NCBI RefSeq assembly: GCF_030028105.1
Contig: NC_092399.1
Span: 7,254,001-7,318,000, forward strand
DNA length: 64,000 nucleotides
From: Mobula birostris
Lineage: Eukaryota
Direction: 5' to 3'
In this document: positions 1 to 12,097 of the stretch, piece by piece
How positions within the stretch are numbered: position 1 is the first letter of the stretch
Layout of the letters: each line of letters starts with the position of its first letter
Made by a program: the position numbers and the translations under genes
Notes under the pieces: generated by a model
What the model saw: only the letters and a program-made list of their open reading frames with translations
Databases searched by the model: none
What the model was told of the DNA's origin: nothing

Positions 1-389
1 AAGGAAAAATATTTTGGAAGTTCAGCAAATACACATTAATTAACTAATGTTAACTTTCTTTTTGTATTTACACTTTTTGTGGTCTTTTGCATATTGGTTG
101 TTTTTCCTCTCCTGTTGGGTGTGGTCTTTCATCGCTTCTATTGTGTTTCTCGTATTTTCTGTCAATGGCTGCAAGGAAATGAATCTCGGGGTTGTATATG
201 GTGACATAAGTCTACTTTGATAATAATTTTACTTTAAATAATTTAATGTATTAATTATAATGCTCACAGGAGCAATATAGAGGGCAAGGAGCAGGAAGTG
301 GAAGTGGGGAAAGGGAAAGGATAGAGACCAGATTGCCCTGCTGGTCTGACACACAACAGTCCTGAGTAAATTATCTTTGTAAAGGATAC

Positions 390-520
390 TTGTTGAAATA
401 GAAATCTGCTCCCACTGCTGCAGACATCATAGCCTCCAAAGTTCTTTGCTCAGAGTTCCCAAAACAATATCCATTTGCTTTATCAACAGCTTTCATTACT
501 TGCTTCATTGCTTCTTTATC
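390..520 (-). CDS. GPN2: GPN-loop GTPase 2, coding exon 4 (not in ORF track); final exon lies outside the window
   Basis: Minus strand: tcttccatag|GAT AAA GAA = [43 protein letters not shown]. 131 nt, followed by donor GTATCCTTT. Matches the GPN2 C-terminal region. Confidence 0.93.
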
Positions 521-924
521 CTATGGAAGAGATCAGTCTATCCTTCAAATATCAATGTACAACTAATAGCCTTAAAGAAACATTTGATATATCCTCACGC
601 TGAAACCTAAAAATTCACTCAGCTGAGTATTATACTCTCATCATCGTATCTATGCTTCTCATAACACCTGTATATTTGCATATATCAAACCGGTGAATTA
701 AATCCAAAATAAAACTAGAGATTAGGAAAAATATTTAACAGTAAGGCGATAAAATTTGAGTACAGGGGATTCTGATCAATGGTCATCAACTTAAAAAATT
801 AACTGTGTATATGATATGCTCGATCTTTCAGTTTTAATTTCTCTTTACAAGATATTCCCACCCCATATTTACTTTCCATGTTCCTTACTTCTTAATACAT
901 TCACAGACTTTGACAAACTTCTAT

Positions 925-1478
925 CGGATACATTAACAGACTGCATCACAGCCTGGCCTGGAAACACCAATGCCCTTGAATGGAAAATCCTACAAAAAGT
1001 AGTGGGTATAGCCCAGTCCATCATGGGTAAAGGCCTCCCCACCATTGAGCACATCTACACGAAACATTGTTGTAGGAAAGTAGTATCCATCATCAGGGCC
1101 CCCATCCCACCACCCAGGACATGCTCTCTTCTCACTGCTGCCACCAGGAAGGAGGTTCAGAAGCCTCAGGACTCATACCACCTGGCTCAGGATCAGTTAT
1201 TTCCCTTCAACCTATGGACTCACTTTCAAAAGACTTATATTCCTTCATATATCTCATGTTCTCGGTATTTATTGTTTATTCTTTCTTTATTTTTGTTTAT
1301 TCACAGTTTCTTGTCTTTTGCACATTGTTTGAACATTGAAGTTGCTGCGGTCTTTCATTGATTCTGTTGTGATTATTATCTTATGGATTTATTGAGTATG
1401 CCCACAAGACAATGAATCTCAAGGTTGTACGTGGAGACATAGATGTACTTTGATAATAAATTTACTTTGAACTTTGAA
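925..1478 (+). mobile_element. Rex/Babar-related 3' fragment with an abundant AT-rich tail
   Basis: GCITAW-like RT C-terminus remnant, then tail attgagtatgcccacaag-aatgaatctc-ataataaatttactttgaacttt. The same tail recurs at about 60-240(+), 2800-3200(-), 11380-11515(+), 20130-20420(-), 22790-23100(-), 27540-27860(+), 39850-40330(+), 48000-48695(+) and 53755-54330(-). Confidence 0.7.
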
Positions 1479-1662
1479 CATATACTCAAGCCCATGACAT
1501 AACCCCTCACAATCACAATACATACCCATCATCACTATAAATCCTAACACTTAATATGTGCCCAATAATCCCAATACCCATTTCCTCCATCATCTGCAAT
1601 ATCCTCAAATAATAATTAACCTCTTGGTGCTGCTGGAGACCTGTTAGTGGATAGGCACTCAC

Positions 1663-1823
1663 CTGCACATTAAGAGGGATAAAGGAGACCAGGCTGTAAT
1701 CTTGAATCACTTCTACAAGCTTCTTGTTTAATTGTCGGAAGTTTTTGAAAAAAGGGTCTTTGACCAAGTGATCCAACAGGTAAGACAGATCCAATACTTC
1801 AGTGTAATACTCCAGGTTAAATG
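1663..1823 (-). CDS. GPN2: GPN2 coding exon 3
   Basis: ttttaag| (A)FNLEYYTEVLDLSYLLDHLVKDPFFKNFRQLNKKLVEVIQDYSLVSFIPLNVQ |gtgagt. 161 nt, phase-consistent with neighbours. Confidence 0.95.
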
Positions 1824-2449
1824 CTTAAAAACACACAGCCAAAGTGAATGCCCATGTATGTGATAACCTTTTGCTCCTGTGAAGTCACCTTCGCTATTAC
1901 AACAGTTCAATGGTTCAATTTAATATCAGAGAATGTAGACAGTATACAGCCTGAAATTCTTACAGACATCCACAAATATCAGAGAATGTATACAGTATAC
2001 CACCTGAAATTCTTACTCTCCACACACATCCATGAAACAGAAAAAAACCCAAAGAATGAACGACAGAAAATGTTAGAACGCAAAACCAGCCCCCCCCCAA
2101 CCCATGCACAGGCAGCAGCAGAAGCAAAAACCTCCCCCCGCCCCCACCATACAAACAACAGCAAAGCCCCCACCCCCAGAGATCACATTCATCACAAACT
2201 ACTGTCCATCCCAACACATGGACATCTCATAGACAGGCTCTCTCTCTCACTAGTGAGGGAGAGAGATAGCACTCCTACAACAGTGACCAACAGCTCGCTG
2301 TTTCAATGTTACAGTGATGCATTTGTCATGAATCATATTGATATAATTACTGAATTAACAGAAATCAATATATTCCTGATGGTCAATAATCAATTTCAGA
2401 AATTAAAGACTGAACTCTGGACCCAGAGTTAAATTCAAGGAGCACTTTA

Positions 2450-2671
<222 letters not shown>

Positions 2672-4943
2672 CTATAAGACAATAACACAGCAGATTTACA
2701 CAAGGTTAATACACTATTTCCTTACTGGGCTCAGTGTGCTAACTTCTGGGCCTCAAAGCACATTTCCCCAGGCTAACTCGTGTTCCCGTTTTGTGGGATC
2801 AAAGTAAATGTTATTATCAAAGTACAGATATGACACCATATACAAGAAGATTCATTTTCCTGTGGGCATACTCAGCAAATCTATAGAACAGTAACTATAA
2901 CAGGATCAATGAAAGATCAGCCAGAGTGCAGATGACAATAAGATGTGCAAATAAATTGCACTAAGTAACAAAAATTTGAGATAACGTGACAGAGCCCTTA
3001 AGGTGAGATCATTGGTTGTGGGAACATCCAAATGGATAGGCAAGTGAGTGTAGTTATCCCCTTTTGTTCAAGAGCCCAATGGTTGAGGGATAGTAACTGT
3101 TCTTGAACCTGGTGGTGCGAGTCCTGAAGCTCTTGTACCTTCTACCTGATGGCAGCAGCGAGAAGACAGCATGGCCTGGGTGATGGGGATCTCTGATGAT
3201 GAGTCTCTGATCTCTGATGATCTATCTGCTCTACAGTTTAAAAAAAATCTAATTTCTTGTTATCTACTGACTACCAGCTTACTTGTAAACTGGCTGTGTA
3301 TTACTGAGAGTACGTCTCTTGGTGTCCGGTGAGATGGATTGCATTTGATGTTTTATACTGTTGTAGTGAAATAAGATTGTCATTATACAAGTAGGCTCAG
3401 AGTTGGGAAGACTAAGGAACAGGTTTCTGGCCAGATTCAGGGTTCTGACAGCTTCTATGTTTCACCTTGTTCTCAATTTATAAGCTGAACTTACATGGAG
3501 GAGTTACTGATTGTTGGATGTCAGTGCAGCTTTCGTCACTGCCAATAGTCTTAATGCCATCAGTAATTTATGCTTTCCCCTCAGATCTGTGCCGCTATCT
3601 TTTGCAAATCAGGACATAAGCGTGACACATTTATATTTGGATTAATTCACCACAAATATACATCGTCTCACATGTAAGCCAACTTATACTGAATGTGTAG
3701 TATTTGGAGACATTGGAGATTAATGATCAATGACCTCGGCCACTGTAGGAACACAATTACAACGAAAAATGATCAATTATCTAAAATCCATTACTACCTA
3801 GAAATAGGTTAAAAAAAAGTCTATAAAATTTATCCCCAACCTTTCCTCTGGCCTCTAAACCTCAGTGACGAAGAGGCAAATAGGATGGTTGCCTTCATTA
3901 ATCAGAGCAGAGAATATAAATAGAGGGAGGTCTTGATACAACTTTATTTATTGAGATACAGTGCCCTTTGAGCCCAGCAGTCCCCGATTTAACCCTACCC
4001 TAAGCACGGGACAATTCACAACTGGTGTGTCTTTGGATTGTGGGAGGAAACCGCAGCTCCCGGAGGAAACCCACAGTGAGGATGTACAGACTCCTTACAG
4101 ATGACGACGGAATTGAACTCCGATCTCTGATGCCAGGAGAGGCCAAGCTAGAATATTGTGTGTATTTCTGGGCAACCAGCCTACAGGAAAGACAGGATTG
4201 CATTGGAGAGGGTACAGAGGAGATTCTGGGATGGAACGTTTCAGTTATGAAGTGGACTGGTTTTCCTTGGAATGGAGGATGCTGAGGGGGGGGGATGGTT
4301 ATACAAGCTACGTGTGGCATTCATCTGACAGGTAATAAGAAACTTGCCCAATCGTAGAAGCATCTAAGACCAAAACGCTTAGGTTTAAAGTAAAAGATTT
4401 ACAGTAGGCCTAGAGCAGGTGCTCCCAACCTTGGGTCCACAGATCCCTTGGTCCATGGCATACAAGGAGGTTGGGATCCACCTGACCTAGAGGATGGCTG
4501 CTATCTAAAAAGCTGGTGGAAGCAAGTAGCTTCACAACTTCTCAGAAGTAACTCAATAAACAGTTAAATTGCCAAGGCAGAGTCTACCACAGACCGGGTG
4601 CTGGTAAATGGGATTAGTATGGATCAGTCGGTGATAGTGGCCATAGGCATGGTGGGCTCTATTTCTGTGCTGTATGACTGTATAAGAACCCAGGAAATTG
4701 ACTAAATGATAGGTCCTATACGACGAGTCTGACTGAACCAGGAACCACAAACCAGGACTCTGGCCTTTGAGGTCAGCTGCAATCTAACAGACCTCCGGGT
4801 AGGGAAGGAGGGACATTGTGCTGAGAGGCAGAAGTGGTAATGGGCAGTGTCCGTGAACAGGAGAACAGCAACACTTCAGATATTTCAAGGTCACTTCTGA
4901 AGCACTGGGTGTTTCCTCTACAGAAGCATTACCTGTCTGCTGC

Positions 4944-7900
4944 AAAAGTAAAAATGGCAGGCCGACAAATCCAGGGCAAGCATTAAAAAGGGCCACTTTT
5001 CAGCATAATTGTGTAAGGGCTAAGAGAGTTGTAAAAGAGCGCCTGAAGGCTTTGTGTGTCAACGCAAGGAGCATTCGTAATAAGCTGGATGAATTGAAAG
5101 TGCAGATTGTTATTAATGATTATGATATAGTTGGGATCACAGAGACATGGCTCCAGGGTGACCAGGGATGGGAGCTCAACGTTCAGGGATATTCAATATT
5201 CAGGAGGGATAGACATGAAGGAAGGGGAGGTGGGGTGGCGTTGCTGGTTAAAGAAGAGATTAACGCAATAGAAAGGAAGGACATAAGCCGGGAAGATGTG
5301 GAATCGATATGGGTAGAGCTGCGTAACACTAAGGGGCAGAAGACGCTGGTCGGAGTTGTGTACAGGCCACCTAACAGTAGTAGTGAGGTCGGAGATGGTA
5401 TTAAACAGGAAATTAGAAATGTGTGCAATAAAGGAACAGCAGTTATAATGGGTGACTTCAATCTACATGTAGATTGGGTGAACCAAATTGGTAAAGGTGC
5501 TGAGGAAGAGGATTTCTTGGAATGTATGCGGGATGGTTTTTTGAACCAACATGTCGAGGAACCAACTAGAGAGCAGGCTATTCTGGACTGGGTTTTGAGC
5601 AATGAGGAAGGGTTAATTAGCAATCTTGTCGTGAGAGGCCCCTTGGGTAAGAGTGACCATAATATGGTGGAATTCTTCATTAAGATGGAGAGTGACATAG
5701 TTAATTCAGAAACAAAGGTTCTGAACTTAAAGAGGGGTAACTTTGAAGGTATGAGACATGAATTAGCTAAGATAGACTGGCAAATGACACTTAAAGGATT
5801 GACGGTGGATATGCAATGGCAAGCATTTAAAGGTTGCATGGATGAACTACAACAATTGTTCATCCCAGTTTGGCAAAAGAATAAATCAAGGAAGGTAGTG
5901 CACCCGTGGCTGACAAGAGAAATTAGGGATAGTATCAATTCCAAAGAAGAAGCATACAAATTAGCCAGAGAAAGTGGCTCACCTGAGGACTGGGAGAAAT
6001 TCAGAGTTCAGCAGAGGAGGACAAAGGGCTTAATTAGGAAGGGGAAAAAAGATTATGAGAGAAAACTGGCAGGGAACATAAAAACGGACTGTAAAAGCTT
6101 TTATAGATATGTAAAAAGGAAAAGACTGGTAAAGACAAATGTAGGTCCCCTGCAGACAGAAACAGGTGAATTGATTATGGGGAGCAAGGACATGGCAGAC
6201 CAATTGAATAATTACTTTGGTTCTGTCTTCACTAAGGAGGACATAAATAATCTTCCAGAAATAGTAGGGGACAGAGGGTCCAGTGAGATGGAGGAACTGA
6301 GTGAAATACACGTTAGTAGGGAAGTGGTGTTAGGTAAATTGAAGGGATTGAAGGCAGATAAATTCCCAGGGCCAGATGGTCTGCATCCTAGAGTGCTTAA
6401 GGAAGTAGCCCAAGAAATAGTGGATGCATTAGTGATAATTTTTCAAAACTCGTTAGATTCTGAACTAGTTCCTGAGGATTGGAGGGTGGCTAATGTAACT
6501 CCACTTTTTAAAAAAGGAGGGAGAGAGAAACCGGGGAATTATAGACCGGTTAGCCTAACGTCGGTGGTGGGGAAACTGCTGGAGTCAATTATCAAGGATG
6601 TGATAACAGCACATTTGGAAAGCGGTGAAATGATCGGACAAAGTCAGCATGGATTTGTGAAAGGAAAATCATGTCTGACGAATCTCATAGAATTTTTTGA
6701 GGATGTAACTAGTAGAGTGGATAGGGGAGAACCAGTGGATGTGGTATATTTGGATTTTCAAAAGGCTTTTGACAAGGTCCCACACAGGAGATTAGTGTGC
6801 AAACTTAAAGCACACGGTATTGGGGGTAAGGTATTGATGTGGATGGAGAATTGGTTGGCAGACAGGAAGCAAAGAGTGGGAATAAACGGGACCTTTTCAG
6901 AATGGCAGGCGGTGACTAGTGGGGCACCGCAAGGCTCAGTGCTGGGACCCCAGTTGTTTACAATATATATTAATGACTTGGATGAGGGAATTAAATGCAG
7001 CATCTCCAAGTTTGCAGATGACACGAAGCTGGGTGGCAGTGTTAGCTGTGAGGAGGATGCTAAGTGGATGCAGGGTGACTTGGATAGGTTGGGTGAGTGG
7101 GCAAATTCATGGCAGATGCAATTTAATGTGGATAAATGTGAAGTTATCCACTTTGGTGGCAAAAATAGGAAGACAGATTATTATCTGAATGTTGGCCGAT
7201 TAGGAAAAGGGGAGGTGCAACGAGACCTGGGTGTCATTATACACCAGTCATTGAAAGTGGGCATGCAGGTACAGCAGGCGGTGAAAAAGGCGAATGGTAT
7301 GCTGGCATTTATAGCGAGAGGATTCGAGTACAGGAGCAGGGAGGTACTACTGCAGTTGTACAAGGCCTTGGTGAGACCACACCTGGAGTATTGTGTGCAG
7401 TTTTGGTCCCCTAATCTGAGGAAAGACATCCTTGCCATAGAGGGAGTACAAAGAAGGTTCACCAGATTGATTCCTGGGATGGCAGGACTTTCATATGAAG
7501 AAAGACTGGATGAACTGGGCTTGTACTCGTTGGAATTTAGAAGATTGAGGGGGGATCTGATTGAAACATATAAGATCCTAAAGGGATTGGACAGGCTACA
7601 TGCAGGAAGATTGTTCCCGATGTTGGGGAAGTCCAGAACGAGGGGCCACAGTTTGAGGATAGAGGGGAAGCCTTTTAGGACCGAGATTAGGAAAAACTTC
7701 TTCACACAGAGAGTGGTGAATCTGTGGAATTCTCTGCCACAGGAAACAGTTGAGGCCAGTTCATTGGCTATATTTAAGAGGGAGTTAGATATGGCCCTTG
7801 TGGCTACAGGGGTCAGGGGGTATGGAGGGAAGGCTGGTGCAGGGTTCTGAGTTGGATGATCAGCCATGATAATAATAAATGGCGGTGCAGGCTCGAAGGG

Positions 7901-7947
7901 CCGAATGGCCTACTCCTGCACCTATTTTCTATGTTTCTATGTTTCTA
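4944..7947 (+). mobile_element. CR1-clade LINE, 5'-truncated (no ORF1), intact ORF2, antisense within a GPN2 intron
   Basis: Uninterrupted ORF2, CR1-type 3' UTR (GAAGGGCCGAATGGCCTACTCC) and (TATGTTTC)n tail. Confidence 0.95.
5052..7850 (+). CDS. CR1 ORF2: APE endonuclease plus reverse transcriptase (932 aa from a TTG; frame stays open upstream to about 4944)
   Basis: NARSI, GITETW, GVVYRPP, MGDFN, LDWVL, SDHN, PGPDG, YRPVSLTS, YLDFQKAFD, PQGSVLGP, FADDTK. Confidence 0.95.
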   Translation: MCVNARSIRNKLDELKVQIVINDYDIVGITETWLQGDQGWELNVQGYSIFRRDRHEGRGGGVALLVKEEINAIERKDISREDVESIWVELRNTKGQKTLVGVVYRPPNSSSEVGDGIKQEIRNVCNKGTAVIMGDFNLHVDWVNQIGKGAEEEDFLECMRDGFLNQHVEEPTREQAILDWVLSNEEGLISNLVVRGPLGKSDHNMVEFFIKMESDIVNSETKVLNLKRGNFEGMRHELAKIDWQMTLKGLTVDMQWQAFKGCMDELQQLFIPVWQKNKSRKVVHPWLTREIRDSINSKEEAYKLARESGSPEDWEKFRVQQRRTKGLIRKGKKDYERKLAGNIKTDCKSFYRYVKRKRLVKTNVGPLQTETGELIMGSKDMADQLNNYFGSVFTKEDINNLPEIVGDRGSSEMEELSEIHVSREVVLGKLKGLKADKFPGPDGLHPRVLKEVAQEIVDALVIIFQNSLDSELVPEDWRVANVTPLFKKGGREKPGNYRPVSLTSVVGKLLESIIKDVITAHLESGEMIGQSQHGFVKGKSCLTNLIEFFEDVTSRVDRGEPVDVVYLDFQKAFDKVPHRRLVCKLKAHGIGGKVLMWMENWLADRKQRVGINGTFSEWQAVTSGAPQGSVLGPQLFTIYINDLDEGIKCSISKFADDTKLGGSVSCEEDAKWMQGDLDRLGEWANSWQMQFNVDKCEVIHFGGKNRKTDYYLNVGRLGKGEVQRDLGVIIHQSLKVGMQVQQAVKKANGMLAFIARGFEYRSREVLLQLYKALVRPHLEYCVQFWSPNLRKDILAIEGVQRRFTRLIPGMAGLSYEERLDELGLYSLEFRRLRGDLIETYKILKGLDRLHAGRLFPMLGKSRTRGHSLRIEGKPFRTEIRKNFFTQRVVNLWNSLPQETVEASSLAIFKRELDMALVATGVRGYGGKAGAGF

Positions 7948-7960
7948 AATATGAACTCAC

Positions 7961-8377
7961 CCTGACATTCCATTTGGTTAATTGTGCAAGGATGTTTTTC
8001 ACAGAACAGTTGTGCGTGTACAGTTCCACCTGACCAGGACAGTCAAACAGGAAATAACAGTCCTTGAACTGTTCCAACTTGCCCTGCAGCCAATCCAGGT
8101 TTGCCTCCAAGTATTCCATGCAGTAAATAAGTCCTCCATTGGGGCCCAACCCAAGCCCATCCATAACATCGTCGAGTTTCACCAGTTCTGCAATGTCCAC
8201 ACAACACTGGTAAGGAATGAGATCGTTGGCGGGGTCAAGGTTTACCACTGCAACTTTGCGACCTAGCTTAGAAAGAAATTCTTGCATCCCTGCACAGTAC
8301 GTGGTCTTCCCCGAGCCAGGTGGCCCAATAACCACCTGGCCAAACATCACCATGGCATGCCTGCTTTCTTCTGCCAT
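7961..8377 (-). CDS. GPN2: GPN2 first coding exon
   Basis: ATG at 8377. P-loop [21 protein letters not shown] (GPN loop), DCPGQVE. 417 nt ending WNVR|gtgagt. Acceptor ctctctgttccag just upstream, so the exon starts at 8417. Confidence 0.97.
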
Positions 8378-9399
8378 CCTACTTGGATCTCCAAGGATTC
8401 ATTACAGCTCTACAGACCTGGAACAGAGAGAGGATATTCAGAAGATATCCAGCTAGTGTCCTTTGCTGACAGTGTGATAAATAGTGTAGTTGCTGCAGGA
8501 ATAAAAATTTTATTGTGACAATTTACCATAAGGTACAATATCACAGCTGATACAATCAGGAATACACTGACTGAAAGGTAAATGGAAGCAGAGTCGATAG
8601 TTAAAAGAAAATTAGATAAATACTTAAAGAGAAGTTTGCTGGGATCTAGGAAGCAGGGACTAGCTGTATAGGTCTTGCACAAAGTTGTCACAGAGGCAAC
8701 AGAAAAATGCCCTCAATATCTGCCTAGTATTCCAAATCTGCATTACAGCTTTCCCCAAGACCAAATGTTTCATTCACAAACCTCTAGAACAACACTAAAG
8801 CAAAAAAAAATCTTAAGTATTTAGCAGATGAGACATAGGGAAACTGTCAACTTTTCAGATCAATAATAATGCCCATTTAAGACAGAGAATATTAAGAGGC
8901 AGACTTCTCAATTCTGAAAGAGGGTCATAACTTTTCTCGGATGGCCGGCCGTGGATGCAGGACCTCTACTCCCTCGGGAGGCTAAAGAAATTTAGCATAA
9001 CTTTTGACGTTCACCGAGTTTTAAAGATGCGTCACATAATCAAAGGCCAGCACCCATCCCAGACACTCCCTTCTCCCCCACCCCCAATCAGGCAGAAGAT
9101 ACGAAAGCACTTTTCTCTAAAACGGCAAAACTTTATTCCGTGTTTTTTTCTCTCTCAAGAAACCGACGTGATGACCTGCAGAACGATTTTTCCACTGTAT
9201 CTCAGTACGTGGGAATTATAAACCGATTTAAATTTATATTTAAGGCAGACCAGCCGAGGCCTTTGAATTGCGTTTTGGGGAATCGAGGGAGATGGGGAAA
9301 GGAAGCGTGAGAGTGATGCTGAGGTTAGGACTGCATGGATAATGAGGGGTGAAGGGCCAATAAACCCCACTCCTGTTCACTCCGTTCCTCCCTTTTAAA

Positions 9400-9850
9400 G
9401 CTGCTTGACGCGCTGAGGAGGTTGTATGTTTTGATTTTTATCGTTCAGGAGCAGGAGCAGTGTTACGACCGGATGCTGTGCAGACTCCCAGGAGTTCCTT
9501 CGGCACCGGGACTCACCGCCGCTCCGACACATACCGGTTGCTTGCCCTCGGACTTCGGCAGTCTAGTCAAAGCGCCGGCCAGCCTGTTTATGGCTGCTCT
9601 GGCCGCTTTTTCCCAAAGACAGCCTCCTCTACCGAAAGACTTTCCAGATCACACGCGCACCGGCCAGAAGCCGCGCTCGCGCTCTCCCTCTCCCTCTCCC
9701 AGCCGGGACCAAGGCCGCAGGCTGTGCCGGCGCGATTGAGCATGCGTGGACCGCCGCTACTGAGCATGCGCCGTTTCGACCTGGGACACGGCTGCCGGTT
9801 GTACTGGCACTGGGATGGCTGGAGACCTGACTGAGGTCGCCAGGCAGGCC
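9400..9850 (-). promoter_or_regulatory. CpG-island promoter and probable non-coding first exon of GPN2
   Basis: CpG-rich stretch with minus-strand donor GCG|GTGAGT (exon end 9517) and two NRF1-like TGAGCATGCG motifs at about 9737-9748 and 9760-9772. Confidence 0.65.
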
Positions 9851-12097
9851 AAAGAGTTTATAAATACATTATGTATGTGTGTGTGAGAGAGAAGAAAAAC
9901 AACTAACATTGCAGTAAAGTTAGAATATGCTTGCAGCGTCTTTTTACCGGCGATTCCTACTATTCCACATACCAAATGAAATGTTCCTAATCTGAAGTGT
10001 TAATTCTTTTCCTCTCTCAGCAGAAGTGAATATTAGTTCTATCTATGGTACAAAATTTTACCATTTTTAAAATTTTTATTTTGCAGTTACCTTGTTAGCA
10101 TCAAGAGGATGCTGGATCTTTTCAGAGAGTAGTTTAGGATGCAGCTGTGATCCAGGTGGTGGTACCTACCCCATTCTCAAGGACATTTAGGATGGAGTGG
10201 TAAATAGTGGCCATTCATAATTAGTATTGTTGGAGCCTGTGCACAGCGTGGCACAACATCCAGGCTGCCCTGTCCCCCCCACCCATCTTCTCTCGGAAGA
10301 GCAATGGGCTCAGGGAATATATAAATATATTACGTAATTGTATCTCTGATAATCTTGTATGTGTGACGAGTAGGCCTCAAGCCGCGGTGTTGCCTGCTCA
10401 TAGCTGCCGGGAGGGAGGCGTCGGCACCAGTGTGCTCCATCAGGGGGCAGTGTGGTGCGATGTCCAGTCTGCAGTTAGTGCTCCCTCCCCCCCCCCCCTC
10501 CAGTGTTTGCTCAGCAAAAGGCAACCTCTATTGTGGCCGTCAGCAGATTTTGGCAGCGTTGGATGGCTCATGAGTTTGAACTCATTATCAAGTGGCAGTA
10601 TCTTTCTGTTGTATACGTATTATGTGTGCTTTGTGCTGTGTGTGACGGTTGGTACTGTGTTTTGTACCTTGACCCTGGAGTAACGGTGTCCCGTCTGGCT
10701 GACATACGTAGTTGAATGACAATTAAACTTGAATTGAATTGAATAATGCCGGGGCTGTATATCTGCTAGAATATTGGTCTGAAATTAGAATATGCTTGTA
10801 GCATCTGATAAACCTGATTCTGAATGTTTGTCTTCAAGTACTGAATCCATAATGTTCTGATACAGAGATGAAGTGGGACTTCATCAATGGCTTTCTGAGA
10901 ATCTAAGTACACTGATTATCTTATTGTAATGTCCATCACTACACACAAGTACAGTAGATGTAAAAGGACTGCCGTTTTGATAATGACCCTTTGTTTGAGG
11001 AGGGGAACACAAAGCTTTTGTTGTGTGCAATTTTTGCTGTTCAGTACAGGCGTGATATTTGTGTTGTAGCTTCACCAGGCTGGTATCTCAAGGTATCTGC
11101 ATGTGACGTTCTATCTCACTCTCCCTCTTGCTCACTGCTCCCAGGGGAAGGTCCCTGCATTCGAATAGCCTCCCTCTCTCCCTCAATGCTGTTGGAGGAT
11201 GGTGCAGAAATCCTGGGGCTGCGGCTTGTGGATTGGACTCTGTAGTTCACATTATGATGTGTTTCCCACTGCTCCTTTTTCCCTGTTGCTACTTTGGGCA
11301 ATTTTGAATCGGGGCAGCCTGCAGAACACGAGCAGAATATGCCTGGACTCTTTCGATTCGTGTTCTATGTTGTGATTTGTTTTTTTTTTGCACATGGTGG
11401 GGTTTGATGTCTGAACCTGTTCCATGGTTTTCTTTGTTTCCTGGCTGTCTGTGAGGAAGTCGAATCTCAGAGTTTTATACTGCATGTATATTTTGATAAT
11501 AAATGTACTTTGAATTGCATAGCTGTCCTTGTGTGCAATTTTTGGTGTTCAGCACAAGTGTGAAATCTATGTTGTATCTTCGCCAGGCTGGTCCCTCATC
11601 TTTTTAGGTACATGGTGCTTTTTCTACCATCCTCATTGATCTTCTAGTTTGACCGTAATCATACAGGGAAGGCTGTGCTGAGCCATTTATTTCCTGGTTC
11701 TGGTATTGCTCATGGTTTTTTTTTCCCCCCCACTATGGTTAAAAAGTTTGTTTGGTCATTGTTACATTACCCTTTGTGTGTTGCTGATTGTGGAAATTGG
11801 CTGTTGTTCTTCCATTACAACAGTGACAATTAAGACATGGTTTGCAGATAAGTGTGCCAGTTGGCAACTCTTGAAATCTATATTCTATTCCAAACTCTGG
11901 GTTGAGGTTACCAGGTTGACTGCTTTCGCAGCACAAACTAAAGACCTGAGGTCTGATGAAAGATCACTGCTCTTAAAAGTTAACTGTTCTTCTTTTCACA
12001 GGCTTAATGTATTGATCATTTTTTAATTGACCATATTATTTTAACTTGGGTGACAAATTTTAGTAAACTTCTAGAATGGAGCTTTATTTATAATATA

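Noticed and set aside
816-2432. Plus-strand ORFs of 181 and 194 aa, similar to ORF 47907-48605
   Set aside because: They run through degenerate Rex/Babar and other repeat fragments in shifting frames; no coherent protein.
5183-7867. Long minus-strand ORFs (258, 134 and 228 aa)
   Set aside because: Antisense shadows of the CR1 ORF2.
11950-11990. ctgatgaaagatcactgctcttaaaagtt as another hammerhead
   Set aside because: Has CUGAUGA but lacks the GAAA box and a clean stem II; at most an old degenerate relative.
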